Shown: positions 1 to 12,004 of the stretch, in pieces
Position numbering within the stretch: position 1 is the stretch's first letter
How the letters are laid out: every line of letters begins with the position of its first letter
Source: Vairimorpha necatrix
Taxonomy: Eukaryota
NCBI GenBank assembly: GCA_036630325.1
Contig: CP142735.1
Span: 992,001-1,056,000 of the forward strand
DNA: 64,000 nt
Direction: 5' to 3'
Position numbers and translations under genes: made by a program
Notes under the pieces: generated by a model
Told to the model about the DNA's origin: nothing
What the model saw: only the letters and a program-made list of their open reading frames with translations
Database searches by the model: none

Positions 1-2
1 TT

Positions 3-481
3 CAATACCAAGTTTGGGCCGTTGGTGGAGTTGTACGAGGAGACATCAATTCTTTTTTTTTCGAAATTGTTGAAAATCGATCAAGAACTACTCTTGTCGA
101 TTTAATAAAACGAAAAATCGCACCTGGATCTACAATTATTACTGATTGTTGGCGGGGTTATGAAGGGTTTTCGGAACTATGTCCGGATGATAACTATTTA
201 CATTTAACTGTAAATCATAGACAAAATTTTGTAAATCCAACAACAGGCCACCACACCCAAACAATTGAAGGAATGTGGTCTGTAATTAAAAAGGATTTGC
301 GCAAAGAAGGAACAAGCCATGGTTCTTTAATGAATCTAATTCGAAAACTTTTTTAGCTCGTTTTAAGTTAATTTATAGAGAATCACTACTTGAAAAAATG
401 TTATGCTTTTTTGAAGTTCAAAATATTTGTTTTTTAAATTACGAGTTAGCCCCTGAATTTGATGTTGAAATAATTGAATAA
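3..481 (+). pseudogene. Merlin transposase C-terminal half with one frameshift
   Basis: Open to TAG at 354-356. Adding one T to the T6 run at 349-354 restores ...KLFLARFKLIYRESLLEKM...EIIE* ending at 481. Confidence 0.75.
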
Positions 482-502
482 ATTTTAGTTTTGTCTTTTT
501 TT

Positions 503-604
503 AATTTTTTCCCCTTTTTTTAATTTTTTCCCCTTTTTTTTATTTTTTCCCCTTTTTTTTATTTTTTCCCCTTTTTTTATTTTTTTAGGGGTGGGGGGGG
601 GGGG
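503..604. repeat. Subterminal 19-bp tandem repeat (4 units) plus G-run inside the Merlin end
   Basis: CCCC cores at 511, 530, 549 and 568 (period 19, unit approx. ATTTTTTCCCCTTTTTTTT), then GGGGT and G12 at 588-604. Confidence 0.85.
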
Positions 605-1650
605 TAACATCGCAATTTAACCAATAATTTCTTCAATAAAATCAAAAACTTTTACTTGGAATGTTCATTTAGTTTAATTATAATTATTTAAATTAGATGC
701 TTACAATTTGACGAATTCGATTACATGCAAATCAAATTTAAAAGAAGTGAAGTAATTCATGTATAATGCTTTAAAGTATAAATATTCATAAAAAAATGAA
801 ACTTGATAGTTATTGTGATTAGACACGAGGTCTGATCTAAAATAAAGACGAAGTATCAATTACAGATTTATTTGGATTGTTAGTTATACATACGGTGAAG
901 GGTAAGGGCTGGAAAATAAATAAATAGGAAATATTTGGAATAGACCATTTCGAAAGTCTATTCCGAAAAGAGTAAATTGCTAAATAAAAGTAACTTTCTA
1001 AATGCTCGTATTCAATTTTAATTATTCACCTGTCACTTTTATCATCCTTCACATTTGTATTAAATAAGAATCAATCACATTTGGGGATTCTTATTGTCAG
1101 CTTAGGTTCGTCGCCTGACGGTTATTATTGTTACATCACAAAATCGTGTAGTATCTAACGCGTATGGATTAATTTAAGCTTAAAGTGATGTATTCGCGAA
1201 ATGAGCCAATTATATGTCTACTTAAAAATATAATAATTCAAAAAAAAAATGATTATTTTATTAATAATGAACAAAAAAGGAAAATACCATGCTAAGTATT
1301 TTATAATTATTTTCCATGCCCTCTTTTGGAAATGTTTTTACAAAGTTTAAGTAGCCAATCAAATACTTACATTTGTCGAAAGATTATTGGTCGGTTTTTG
1401 ATCGACTACGACATAATAAAATAATATTATGTATATGAACTCATATGATATCATAATTTTACATTTTCGGATTATTTCGAATTATGATTTTGAACTAATC
1501 ATATAAAAAGATCTAGAGTTACGTATAAAACAGAAATACGTCAGAACGAGAGATTGGGATTTCCCAACTGAAAAATACATTATTAGATGAAACTTACCAA
1601 TAACTCTTCTTTTTTGTTTATTTTAAAAAATAGTTTTTCAACCTCCTTAT

Positions 1651-2364
1651 ATGATTGTAAACATAAAGAAGATTACTTTTGTAGTTGTGTTACTAATTTT
1701 TGGGCTGATTACTTGGTATTCTATAAATCCAGCTAAATCTTCAGCAAAATCATCTCTACAATCAAAAAAAAACAGTTCATTAGATATTGAAGATATGTTT
1801 ACTGTCTACAAGAAAGTGAATAAAAACAACCCGGAAGAACATCTTAGTCGTTTGCTTTTTTCTAATTTTATAAAAGCTTTGTATTATGTTAGTAAATTAG
1901 ACATAAAGTCACACATTATATTGTTTTGTTTGGTTGACAATGCGAATCTATACGATAAAAACAAAAAAGTAAGCGTTAAATTATATATCACATCCGATGT
2001 AGAAAAAGCTTTGAAGAAGAACGAGGAATTCGTTGAAGAGTTTTTCTCTCAACATGATAATGCTATTAATTACCTAGCAGATGAGCATTTTCTTCCAAAA
2101 ATGGATCAAAGGAATGGCAAACTGGTAATTACATTTAGTCAAGACGTGTTTGATTTCTATAAAAATCATTGTATTGAAATGATTAGCGATCTATTACATG
2201 ATTCTAAATATTCCGATAAGTTTATTACTAAAGATTTAAAAGAAGAAATAAGTAAGAAAAAGTGGGATTTAAACAACAAAAAATATTCATTAATTGATGT
2301 TGCATTATCTCATTGGTATTGCTACATCAAATCTACAAAAAACTTAAAGGTATTTAATAAGTAG
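1651..2364 (+). CDS. Hypothetical protein with N-terminal signal anchor/TM segment, 237 aa
   Basis: Long ORF in very AT-rich DNA; hydrophobic ITFVVVLLIFGLITWYSI near the N-terminus; CCTCC a few bases upstream of the ATG; no recognisable domain. Confidence 0.8.
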   Translation: MIVNIKKITFVVVLLIFGLITWYSINPAKSSAKSSLQSKKNSSLDIEDMFTVYKKVNKNNPEEHLSRLLFSNFIKALYYVSKLDIKSHIILFCLVDNANLYDKNKKVSVKLYITSDVEKALKKNEEFVEEFFSQHDNAINYLADEHFLPKMDQRNGKLVITFSQDVFDFYKNHCIEMISDLLHDSKYSDKFITKDLKEEISKKKWDLNNKKYSLIDVALSHWYCYIKSTKNLKVFNK

Positions 2365-5300
2365 AGTTTAAGTGGAAAAAACAATCTTTGAAACATAATA
2401 AATGAAAATTATTTTTGCTTATCAAACTTAAATTATAAATATTTAGACAGGATGCTTCAAAATTCTTTTTGCAACAACAAGGGTTACACATATAAATGAG
2501 GTTTAGAATTTATTTTATTTAACTAAAAAATTGTAAATTAATTTTTCTTAACTTCTTATAACGTAGAACGTAGATGCTTTGTCTATGGGAAAATCAAAAA
2601 ATTTAAAATTATAAGTAAATATTATATCAATAAAGTTGTGTTAAAAATGAGAGTCTAGAACAAATTTAAGAGTGTTTTTGGTATATACGTGTCACACATG
2701 ACACATTCCCATTAGATACATGTTTGTTTAATCGCCATCGTAACATTAAAATTTCTTCTGCGAACTTGTTTGATTCATTACGAGGAGTAATTGCAACTTA
2801 CGTTACATTAAATAATCTTGTTGATTTATGTTTAATTTCATTTTAAATTTAATTACTATAGTATACGCCTTCCTATGTATCCCTCAATATTTTTTACATC
2901 TCATATTGTGTTTTCAACAACTTTTCTTTATTAGTATCCAGCCCGCTCTATTGACAAACTTAAAATTTCTAATTCTTTTTATTGACTTTGATTTATGTCT
3001 CGATTTTTAGTTTTCTTTAGACGTTCTTTACTTTATTAGATTTTGTAATTTGGTAATCTTAAAATGTCATGTTTTATATTAATTATGTGCTTTAAAAAGG
3101 GATTAGTTGGGTGTTTATAACATGTAAATATTTTTTTATACCCCTGTTTCAAAAAGTCAAAATGGCAAAAAGAGAAAAAACTAAATTTAATAATATTTGT
3201 AAACAAATCACCTTTTAAGTTCTATCTTTGCATAAATCATATAAATAAATTAAAAAATAAGATTATTCTTTTGTACCTCGAAAATCACGTTTTTATTACT
3301 TTATAATTCTCTTAAAAATGTTAAAATTATAGCTATTGTAATTAATTACTAATTCTAATATTTGATTTACAGTTTTTTGTTCAACAAAATAGTCTTTTAA
3401 TTTAATGAAAGATTTAATTCTGCCATTGTGTAATATTAATTCAGAATGCATTTATTATTGATTAATTTATTTGGCTAGTTCGGCTTTCAATTGCCAAATA
3501 TATTCGTTTTTATGTTTCTTGGGCGATTCTTTTAGACATTTCAACCCTTCAGGCAACATTGATAAGTTTCCTTTGTGCTATATAATTAACCTAATTCGCT
3601 TTTATCTATTTCTAATATTTAGCATGGTCCATCTATTTTACCAGTAGAATTGTTAACTTTGTTTCAATTGTATATATTTTTTTTATAATTTGTCTAATGC
3701 ATCTCTGACCAATATCAAGAAATCCACATAAGGCGGTATGTTTAATAATGCTATAGCTCAATGTTTTTATGAACTAAATGTTTAAAACACCTGATTTTTT
3801 CTATAATAAAATGTAGGGACTTTTAATTTGGCACACTTCTTATACATATAAGAATACAATTTTTTTAGTTGCTATACTCCAAGACCGCATTTTATACACT
3901 TGACTATCTTATTCCAATTGTTGTTGTGAGATGTTCATGAGCTCTTATCTTTAGACTCTACATTTTGATGGTAAAAAATAACAAATTTGTAAAGTACCAT
4001 TTTCTGATTACAGTCTACAAGCTCCCAATTATAAAATATATATTTTATTTTTTTTGTATAGCTCATACTTTATGATCATTTTAAACGATATTTTAATATT
4101 AAAACCTATAAACAGGCATAAATTTTACGATGGTGTATCGACTTGACGACCATATCCATAATCTTTAAGCGAAGCCTCATATGTTATATTTCAATGTAAA
4201 TTAATATGCAAAAAAAAATATGATCAACAACCTAGTTTTTTCACATTGTTTGTACAATATGGTCACTAAAATGAATTTTATTTCAGTCTTGGTCAGTAAA
4301 TAATTTTACTTTCACATGCCATTTATTTACTTATGCCACTTATTTTTTGAATTAATAATTTTATCTAAATTTTCTTGCTTATAAATAATACTTCTAATAA
4401 ATTATAAAAGACTTCGTTCCCCGAATGTACTAATTTTTACAAGGCATCAAGTATTCTATCTATAACCACTTAAAATTTTATAGAAAACCAATTGCCGGTC
4501 GATTTTTGAAATTCGACCAACTTACTGGATGAGAATTGATCATAATGATCAAACTATTTTGTTTCAAGGTTTTTGTTGTTTTTTCAATAATAAATAGATA
4601 AATGCACAACATCACATTTTATACTATATATATTACATATGATAATGTTTTTAAAATATAATTAAAAACAGACAATTTCAATCTACATTTAACTCGACAA
4701 TTATGTTGGAAATAATTGCAAAATTATTTTTTTTTCCATTATAATTCTAAATTACCTCTTATTTTAAAAGTTTTTAAAATTTTGTATTTTTTTCATTCTA
4801 TCATTTTTTAGTTTATTATACGGATTTTAAATAAAAATTTTGCATTTTAAAAATGAAATTTTACTGTTTTTAGATTTAGAATATTTTATTTGTTTAAAAT
4901 TTAGGAAAAAAAATTATGCATAATTTGTAATTACTAACACATAAAAACAAAGTTTTGTGATAATAGTTTCTGACTTCAACTATTTTTTGCGTATCAATCC
5001 ATTAATTACATTTTATTATAACTTTCAAAATTATCATATAAGTAATTATAAAAATCCAAAGAATTATTGTGATTTATATGGTATTTTATAAGTTATTTAA
5101 AATAAATGCACTCGTTTATCTTATTGAAATGCCTTTGATTCGAGTTTACACTACAAAAGTAAATCCATTGTAATGCTTAGAATTTGAAGATTAATACATT
5201 ATGGAATATAAATATAATCTAAGATAGAAATTTCTAAAATAAAATGTAAAGGAATTTATAAAAATTAAATGTAATTATTACGTTTTTAGTGCGTTTTATA

Positions 5301-5900
5301 TTTTTCAGAAGAACATTGTGCATGTTCAAGACAAATACAGTCATCATTAATTTGATTATAAAAGATATTCCATTAGATTTGAAAAATATCTAGGCATTTT
5401 TACGTTAATATGCAGCTTACTCTAATAATGTATGGTATCAAACGGGTAGGCGGCAAAGGCAGTAAAATATTTGGATTTTATCAGTGAAAAGTATAACAAG
5501 TATAAATATTGTTTTATAATTTAAAATCAATACTTTTTTATATAATATTCATGATTAGTATATAAAACTAATAGAAAAAATAGAAATTTTAACAACCCGC
5601 CAACAAAATTATATCCTATTATTTATTTAAAAAATGAAAATCGTCATATCATTTCAAATACGCTTTCAAAGTACAATTAAAATCTTACGCCAGATAACTA
5701 TTGTCTACCGTAATATAGCAGAGGACATAATTATAGTGATAGTTTTATATATAGTAATATTTTTTTACAAATAAATACCATAAATGTTAGAAAAAAATTT
5801 ATATTGTCATAAACAACAAAAACTATAGTTAGCAATGTCAAATTATTATAATAAACTGGTGTAAAATAAAATTATATTATTATAAATTCTTATAAATCTT

Positions 5901-7385
5901 TTAATTTTTAATGTTCTCTTTGAGTAACGAAAAGGCGACTAGAATATCTTCCCATGTATTTTCATAAGCACTCATTACAATGTCAATGTATTGAAAAATC
6001 TCTACAAAAACCTTTATTATATCAAATTTGGCATCCTTGTCACCCACCTCATTTTTTTGGTTTATAATGTCTGCGATATTTGTTAATATCCTGCATAATT
6101 TCGTTTTATTTTCGTTATTTTCCCCGATAATTTTTTCTAATTCCATAATTAGGCATATTTTTATCATGTAGCTGGTATTATTATGTTCATTATTTAAATA
6201 TTTAATAAAAGCTGTTCCATCTTCCGTAAATTTCTTTTTTTGTCCTGTAACTATCATTATATAATTTTCAAAAGCATTAGTACTTTTAGTTAGAACCTTT
6301 AGTCCCATTTTACTTATTAATTCAGACGATTTCAATATTTCTTCGAATAAAAAATGTACTGCAGAGGTTTTGTTTAGATAAATACTTTTAAGAATTCTTA
6401 TAGTCAAATCATTATTCTCAATTAGTTTATATATCAAATTAATCTCAGAATTTTTCACTTGCTTTGTATTCATTAACATTACTATCCGCTTCATTTTTGC
6501 GAACTTTGGTCTACTTATAAATATTTCTTGATTATTTTTTTCATTTTTATAGAGATTTTTTCGATAACAAAATATCTTAGCATTCTCTCTATGTTTGCAT
6601 ATTATAGAACCATATGAATTATTAATTTCAAAAAACGTATAATTTTCATCTTCTTCGTCTATTAATCTTTCCACCTCACTTGTCACTTTGTAATTTTGGA
6701 ATTTTGTTATATCATAAACTTCACTTAATGTAACGAAATCAAATAATTTAAGCATTTGTAAAAGTATCACTTTCTGATATTTATCTCCTGTACAATATCT
6801 CTCTACGTGTACTTCAAATAATTTTTGTAAATCGATTTCAGTTATATCAATTTCATAAAAATAATATATTTCATCGATAGAATCAATGAAAGTATACAAA
6901 AATGGAATGTAGTCGTTTTTTATGCAACTTATCTCATCATTGAATTTATTAGAAAAAATATAATTATATATCCCGCTGTTTTCTTCAATGACCATATCAT
7001 AGTACCATTTGTCGTCTTTTGTATTATAATTTTTTATTCTAATGATAATATTATTATAGTCTGTCGAATTATTTGCATTTTTCGCATAAACTAATATTTT
7101 CGGAGACTTAATAGAGGTCTCATTATTCAATAATATTTTTTTACACTCTTCAAAAGCTTTTACAAAATCATAAGATTTTATTTTATAATTGCTTTTGTTG
7201 TTTTTAAAAATCAATATTTTATCATTATCATATTTTAAGTAATCTATTTCATATTTTTTTCCTAGATCATATTTCATAAATTGTTTTTTAGTTGTTTTTG
7301 TTTTTATGTAGTTATTTAGTTCATGACATTGCTGTTCGGCACTTTTTATTATTAGAATCACTAAAAAAGTATTCGCAATTCGCAT
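5901..7385 (-). CDS. Putative secreted protein, lineage-specific family A member 1
   Basis: Start moved to the ATG at 7385 (GCCCCAATG); signal-like MRIANTFLVILIIKS. Shares ILVY..IIxRIK..YDxII, IYYFYEI..EID and MIKICLIMELE blocks with 38268..40235. Confidence 0.85.
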   Translation of the reverse strand: MRIANTFLVILIIKSAEQQCHELNNYIKTKTTKKQFMKYDLGKKYEIDYLKYDNDKILIFKNNKSNYKIKSYDFVKAFEECKKILLNNETSIKSPKILVYAKNANNSTDYNNIIIRIKNYNTKDDKWYYDMVIEENSGIYNYIFSNKFNDEISCIKNDYIPFLYTFIDSIDEIYYFYEIDITEIDLQKLFEVHVERYCTGDKYQKVILLQMLKLFDFVTLSEVYDITKFQNYKVTSEVERLIDEEDENYTFFEINNSYGSIICKHRENAKIFCYRKNLYKNEKNNQEIFISRPKFAKMKRIVMLMNTKQVKNSEINLIYKLIENNDLTIRILKSIYLNKTSAVHFLFEEILKSSELISKMGLKVLTKSTNAFENYIMIVTGQKKKFTEDGTAFIKYLNNEHNNTSYMIKICLIMELEKIIGENNENKTKLCRILTNIADIINQKNEVGDKDAKFDIIKVFVEIFQYIDIVMSAYENTWEDILVAFSLLKENIKN

Positions 7386-8399
7386 TGGGGCACTTTCTTG
7401 AAAAAAATAAAAATTTCTCTCGAAAGGGATGTCAAGCATAATTAAATTAATTTATATTTAATTTATTTGTACTTCTTTGTTATTGTGGTATTATAATTAC
7501 ATAAACAAACCATTTTGTACTTTATCAATTTTCTCTTTTTGGAAAATAGACCATTTGACCGATCTATTCAAAAAATTTATTTTTTTTTCGATTAAACTCA
7601 AACAAAATTCGAAGGATGAGACGATTCAATGATGACAAGGAAAGTCTTCTTGGAAACATTTAAATAACTACCACCCTGCTAGCTTAAAACCAAAAAAGAG
7701 GGAATACTCTAAAGACGACCAAATATTCTTACTCAAGTCCAATATTTCAAGAAACAAACATCAAATATGCAATTTATTGAATTGTATTTGCTTAGAGATA
7801 GCTTCTCTGGAGTTTTGTAGTTACAATCAGGAAAATAACTTACATCACATAAAATATTAGCTTGTATTGTTGAAGAGTAGATGAGTCTGCACGAAATTGC
7901 ATATTATTGGAGAAACTTTTTTTTTTATATTTGTTTGCAAGGGTTTGTGATAATCATGTCTGCTTTTATTAGCTGATGACTAGTTTATATCTGACAAAGA
8001 GCAATGTTTGGTAACTAGAGTTACAACACGTAATATTCCCTAACATAAAATTAATATTTTGTATTGAATGAGTAAATTTAATTCGGCAATATCTGAATGC
8101 AACATCAAGTATTCAGTATATTTCAAGTACATAAAAACATTTTTTTTTAGACATCAGTACATTTTATGTTATCTGCGAATTAAAAAATTTCGAAAAATTC
8201 CATTTTGCTGTTGATACATTTTAAGATGTATCTAGACCGTATCTTACTATTTAAAAAACGCTCAAAAGACTTCGTATCAAACAAAATTATTTTTTTAAGA
8301 AGATAAAAAAGCAATATAGCAATACTTGTTAAAGACATTTGTTTTTAATTTTTTATCACCTCTAACATACTTCAAAAAATGGTTTTTTTCTTTTATATA

Positions 8400-9560
8400 G
8401 CAAAAGGTAGGAAAACTTTACATAGGAACATTGTGTGTGTTATTGTCCGGCTAGTTACAAATTTTCTAAGAACTTAAACTCTCTATATATAACTTGCCAA
8501 CACAGAAACTCCGCTTTATCCATAGGGCTTTGACTCTTGAAAACATTTTCTATCAATATACCAAATCGTCTCCAGTTTGATATCGCAGAGGATATTCTTA
8601 AAGGGCAATTTCTAGGGCCCTAGAAGAGATATCCTCGTATTATCTCATGGATACCTACAAATATTGGAACGCGTAAATGATCATATAACCGTTACATAAT
8701 CAGCCCTCATTTTTATTGAGCTGCGTTTTACGCTAGTCTCCAAATAGAATTAGCCAGCCTGTTACAAAATCAAATGTATAGGTTTTACAAAAACTTTTAT
8801 TGCTCTACTTGCCAATTCTTAATTAAATCTGAGATTACGCTCTGAGATGTTTCAGCCATGTGCTTTAATTAGCATATACACTCTAGAACTTTCTGTATCA
8901 TTGGGTATATACGATGGAGACTGTTTTGTCGACCATAAATTTCGTCTCTATGCAATATGCTAGTTATATATTTCTACAAGTACACATATTTATTATATCA
9001 ACTGCATGATAATACTAGACATTTTATCACCTGAGTTTTACCAACTGCATCATATAAAGTGGAACAATTTTAGGAAAGAAATTAGAACTTTGCCGTTCTC
9101 AGATAAAAGCTCTGTCATAAACTACTAGGCTAAACTTCTGATATTTTGTAATAGTGTCTTGAAGTTCATAATTCATTAATAAAATTTTCTTGCTAAGATA
9201 AGATAACACATAGTAATGATCTACGTTTAAATAACCCATTAAAATCGATCAACTTGTATAATATCATATTAAAGATTGTTATTAGCAACTATAAAAATCA
9301 TATCGTCTTTAAATATTATTGTTGTTTACAGTCCCACAATCTGCAAGAATCCCTATTCGTCAAAATTTGTATTACTTTACTGCTGTATTTTGTTTTAACC
9401 ATGTAATCTAGATACAGGTAATTTAGATAATTTCATTTTTATAGTTGGCTGCTACCTTTGGCATTAGGTAAAAAATTAAATGTAAAACAAAGCCCGAAAG
9501 GTCAAAGTTTGAGCATTATTTTAAAAAGCTGTGTAAACTGATCTATTGTATAGCATCATA
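8400..9560 (-). mobile_element. Heavily degraded Ty3/Gypsy pol remnant (boundaries approximate)
   Basis: Minus strand gives YTAF (approx. 9535), PFGLC (9501-9487), YLDYM (approx. 9415; decayed YLDD, 86 nt after PFGL, the same spacing as in the intact element here) and YDRAFI (approx. 9120, RNase H linker-like). Many stops and indels. Confidence 0.55.
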
Positions 9561-10488
9561 CAAAGAAATAATTTTAGGAATCTAACAGTATGGTCATTTC
9601 ACAGATATTTTGTACCATACATATTTTCGTAAGCAGAGACGTATTTTGTTTTATCATCAGGTAGTTACAATAAAAGAGATTCTCAAAAATTTTGCAGGTT
9701 TTCCAACTGTTCACTAATATTCCACAAGTTGCCAAATAAATTGATACTTTCATTGCTAGCATATTGGGGACTATTTAGCTCATATGAGGCATCAGCATTA
9801 TTGGCCATTAGTTTAATATAAATTTCTTGTGTTTTACTTGCACGGCAAGCAATCAATAGTTTTTCGGCCGAAAAATGTTTTAATTGCTATTTTTTAATTA
9901 TAAAAAATTAAAATGGATTATGTTATAATATTTTCGTCTTGACACGTCTTATTTACATCTAAAGGTCATAAAAACTTCAAATTTTTTTTAATAATAGTAA
10001 CTTGATTCTCTTAGTTTGATATTTTTTTATAATAAGGTAAATCTGCCTGTCAAATTGCCATTATAAAAGACGAAGCAGATTATATATTTTGCAATCATTG
10101 ACAGATTATGAGAAAAAAAAAGAAATCGAGTTCACACGTATGAATGTAACATCAAATATTACAATCTAATTTCAAATATATCTTCGCGGCATAAATTTGC
10201 TCTTAATGCAACTATAAATTCTGGGAACATTTTTGTGACCTTCATAATAGCTCGATTTACATGTTACAATCATATAAAATCAAACAAAAACTATAAAAAC
10301 ACAGCTAAAAACTAGCATTTACGTCAAATGAGATAAATTTTTTTTGTAAACTACAAAAAAATATAAAACAATTTATTTATAACCACAGATAATTTATTAA
10401 AACACAATTCATTAAAAAATTTTAGTATATTTTATCTTAGGATCACTTTGTTATAATATTTATGAAATAAAAATTTTTAAGCCCCAAA

Positions 10489-12004
10489 ATGAGAGTAATA
10501 TTTCATTTTCTTTAAATACTACCATTGTTAATTATAAAAATAAAACAAGTAATATTTTACAACTCTTATAAAAGAAATGCTTCGATATAAAAATTTAGAT
10601 GTGATACATTGATAAGTTTTAATGCACTTGATGAGGTTTATTAGATGATATTATAAATTATGCTGTTTTGGTCTTGAAAACGATAACAAAAAACCCACTG
10701 TTACTGGCTGTGTTACACACGCCAAAAAACAGACTGAAACTTAATGCCGAAACAAAAGATAATGATCTGAAACTAAAACTATTCAAGAAATCTAAATTAG
10801 AATAAAAATGCAAAATAAATAGGCTCTCATTCTAATAAAAAGCCTCCTATAATGACCAGATCTCCTTTTGTCAACACCTACTATTTACTAATATCTAAGA
10901 ACAAACAATTTAATGGAAAGTTTTTTTAAAGGAAGAAACTATTGTAAAAAGGAGTACTTAGCAATTAATTTAGGAAAATTTGGTGCAAAAGATCATAATT
11001 ATAAATTTTAGGAGCCTCGAAATTTTAAGGAATTAAATTTTATTTTTTTTTATGGCAAGCATAGCAGAACATAGTTAAGTTTCATCTTGGCTATGCCCTA
11101 AAGACAAGTTTTATAGTAAAGTTGCCTTATGGAAACTACGAAAGACATCACTAACGGAGAGATATATTTTTTAGATAAAGACATTGATCACTATCCAGAA
11201 ACCATAGTAAGTTGTGTAGTGGCTATTTATCTTTTTATGTTCATGTTTCAATATAGAATTTTACCAAAAAAATGAGATTTTGTAAAAAAACAAAAAAACT
11301 GATAGGTGAAACTAAGTGTATTGTTAAAGAAAATGATCTTGATAAAATAATTCTAACAATAAAACCAATTTTAATGGTCTTGTTAGTGCTTGTAATGTTA
11401 CCTTTGTTGAAAAAAAGAATTAAATACTTTTCAGATAATATCATGATCATGAATCTAAAGAAACTCGTATAAAATTTTATCTATGTGGTTTACGATTATT
11501 TGAATCTAATTAAGATATGATCTATTCTATTGACGGATCTTAAGATTTCAGACAATACGAAATATGACAAGACATTTGGTAATATTGAAACTGAAGAATA
11601 TATAAATATTGAAAGATTTTTTGATATAACTAAAAAACAAATTTTACTAAAAATATGAGTAATATAGATTCAAATTCGGCTTTTAATGTTATTTCTGTTG
11701 CATATAATGAGAAGAGCATTAATTAAGAATCACCTGAGCATGATACGACAGTTGTTGATAAATCTACTCAAACCCTACCGTTACATACGAAAATATTGCT
11801 CAAAATGATACCCATAGCAAAAAATTATAAACAATTTATTTAAAAAAGCCAATTCTAATGATGTGTCTTTCTTTAAGCACTACTAGAATTTGTTGTTATT
11901 TGCTTTATTGTATTGTTAAAACTTACTGTAGTATGTTTTTTGGTATTGTTTTTTTAAAACTATATCCTCAGAAAATAACTCGACTGAACAAAAAAGTATA
12001 CTGA
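10489..12004 (+). pseudogene. Decayed gene for a signal-peptide protein with a C-terminal TM segment
   Basis: GCCCCAAAATG start context; MRVIFHFL*ILPLLII signal-like start with a premature stop; purine-rich coding-like body broken by stops; hydrophobic LEFVVICFIVLLKLTVVCFLVLFF at approx. 11883-11954. Confidence 0.55.

Larger units (their letters stand above)
1..622 (+). mobile_element. Merlin/IS1595 (ISXO2-like) DNA transposon, 3' part (truncated by the window start)
   Basis: Frame from nt 3 reads QVWAVGGVVRG...ENRSRTTL...GSTIITDCWRGY...HLTVNHRQNFVNPTTGHHTQTIEGMWS, the C-terminal D and E motifs of ISXO2/Merlin transposases. The putative right terminus ...GGGGTAACATCGCAATTTAACC ends at 622 (reverse complement starts GG, as Merlin TIRs do). 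The partner TIR is outside the window. Confidence 0.88.

Noticed and set aside
503-586. CRISPR array or telomeric repeat
   Set aside because: No unique spacers, eukaryotic context, and the array sits inside a transposon end.
3140-4350. Possible decayed DNA transposon with weak inverted ends
   Set aside because: The terminal match is too poor and no protein motif is recognisable.
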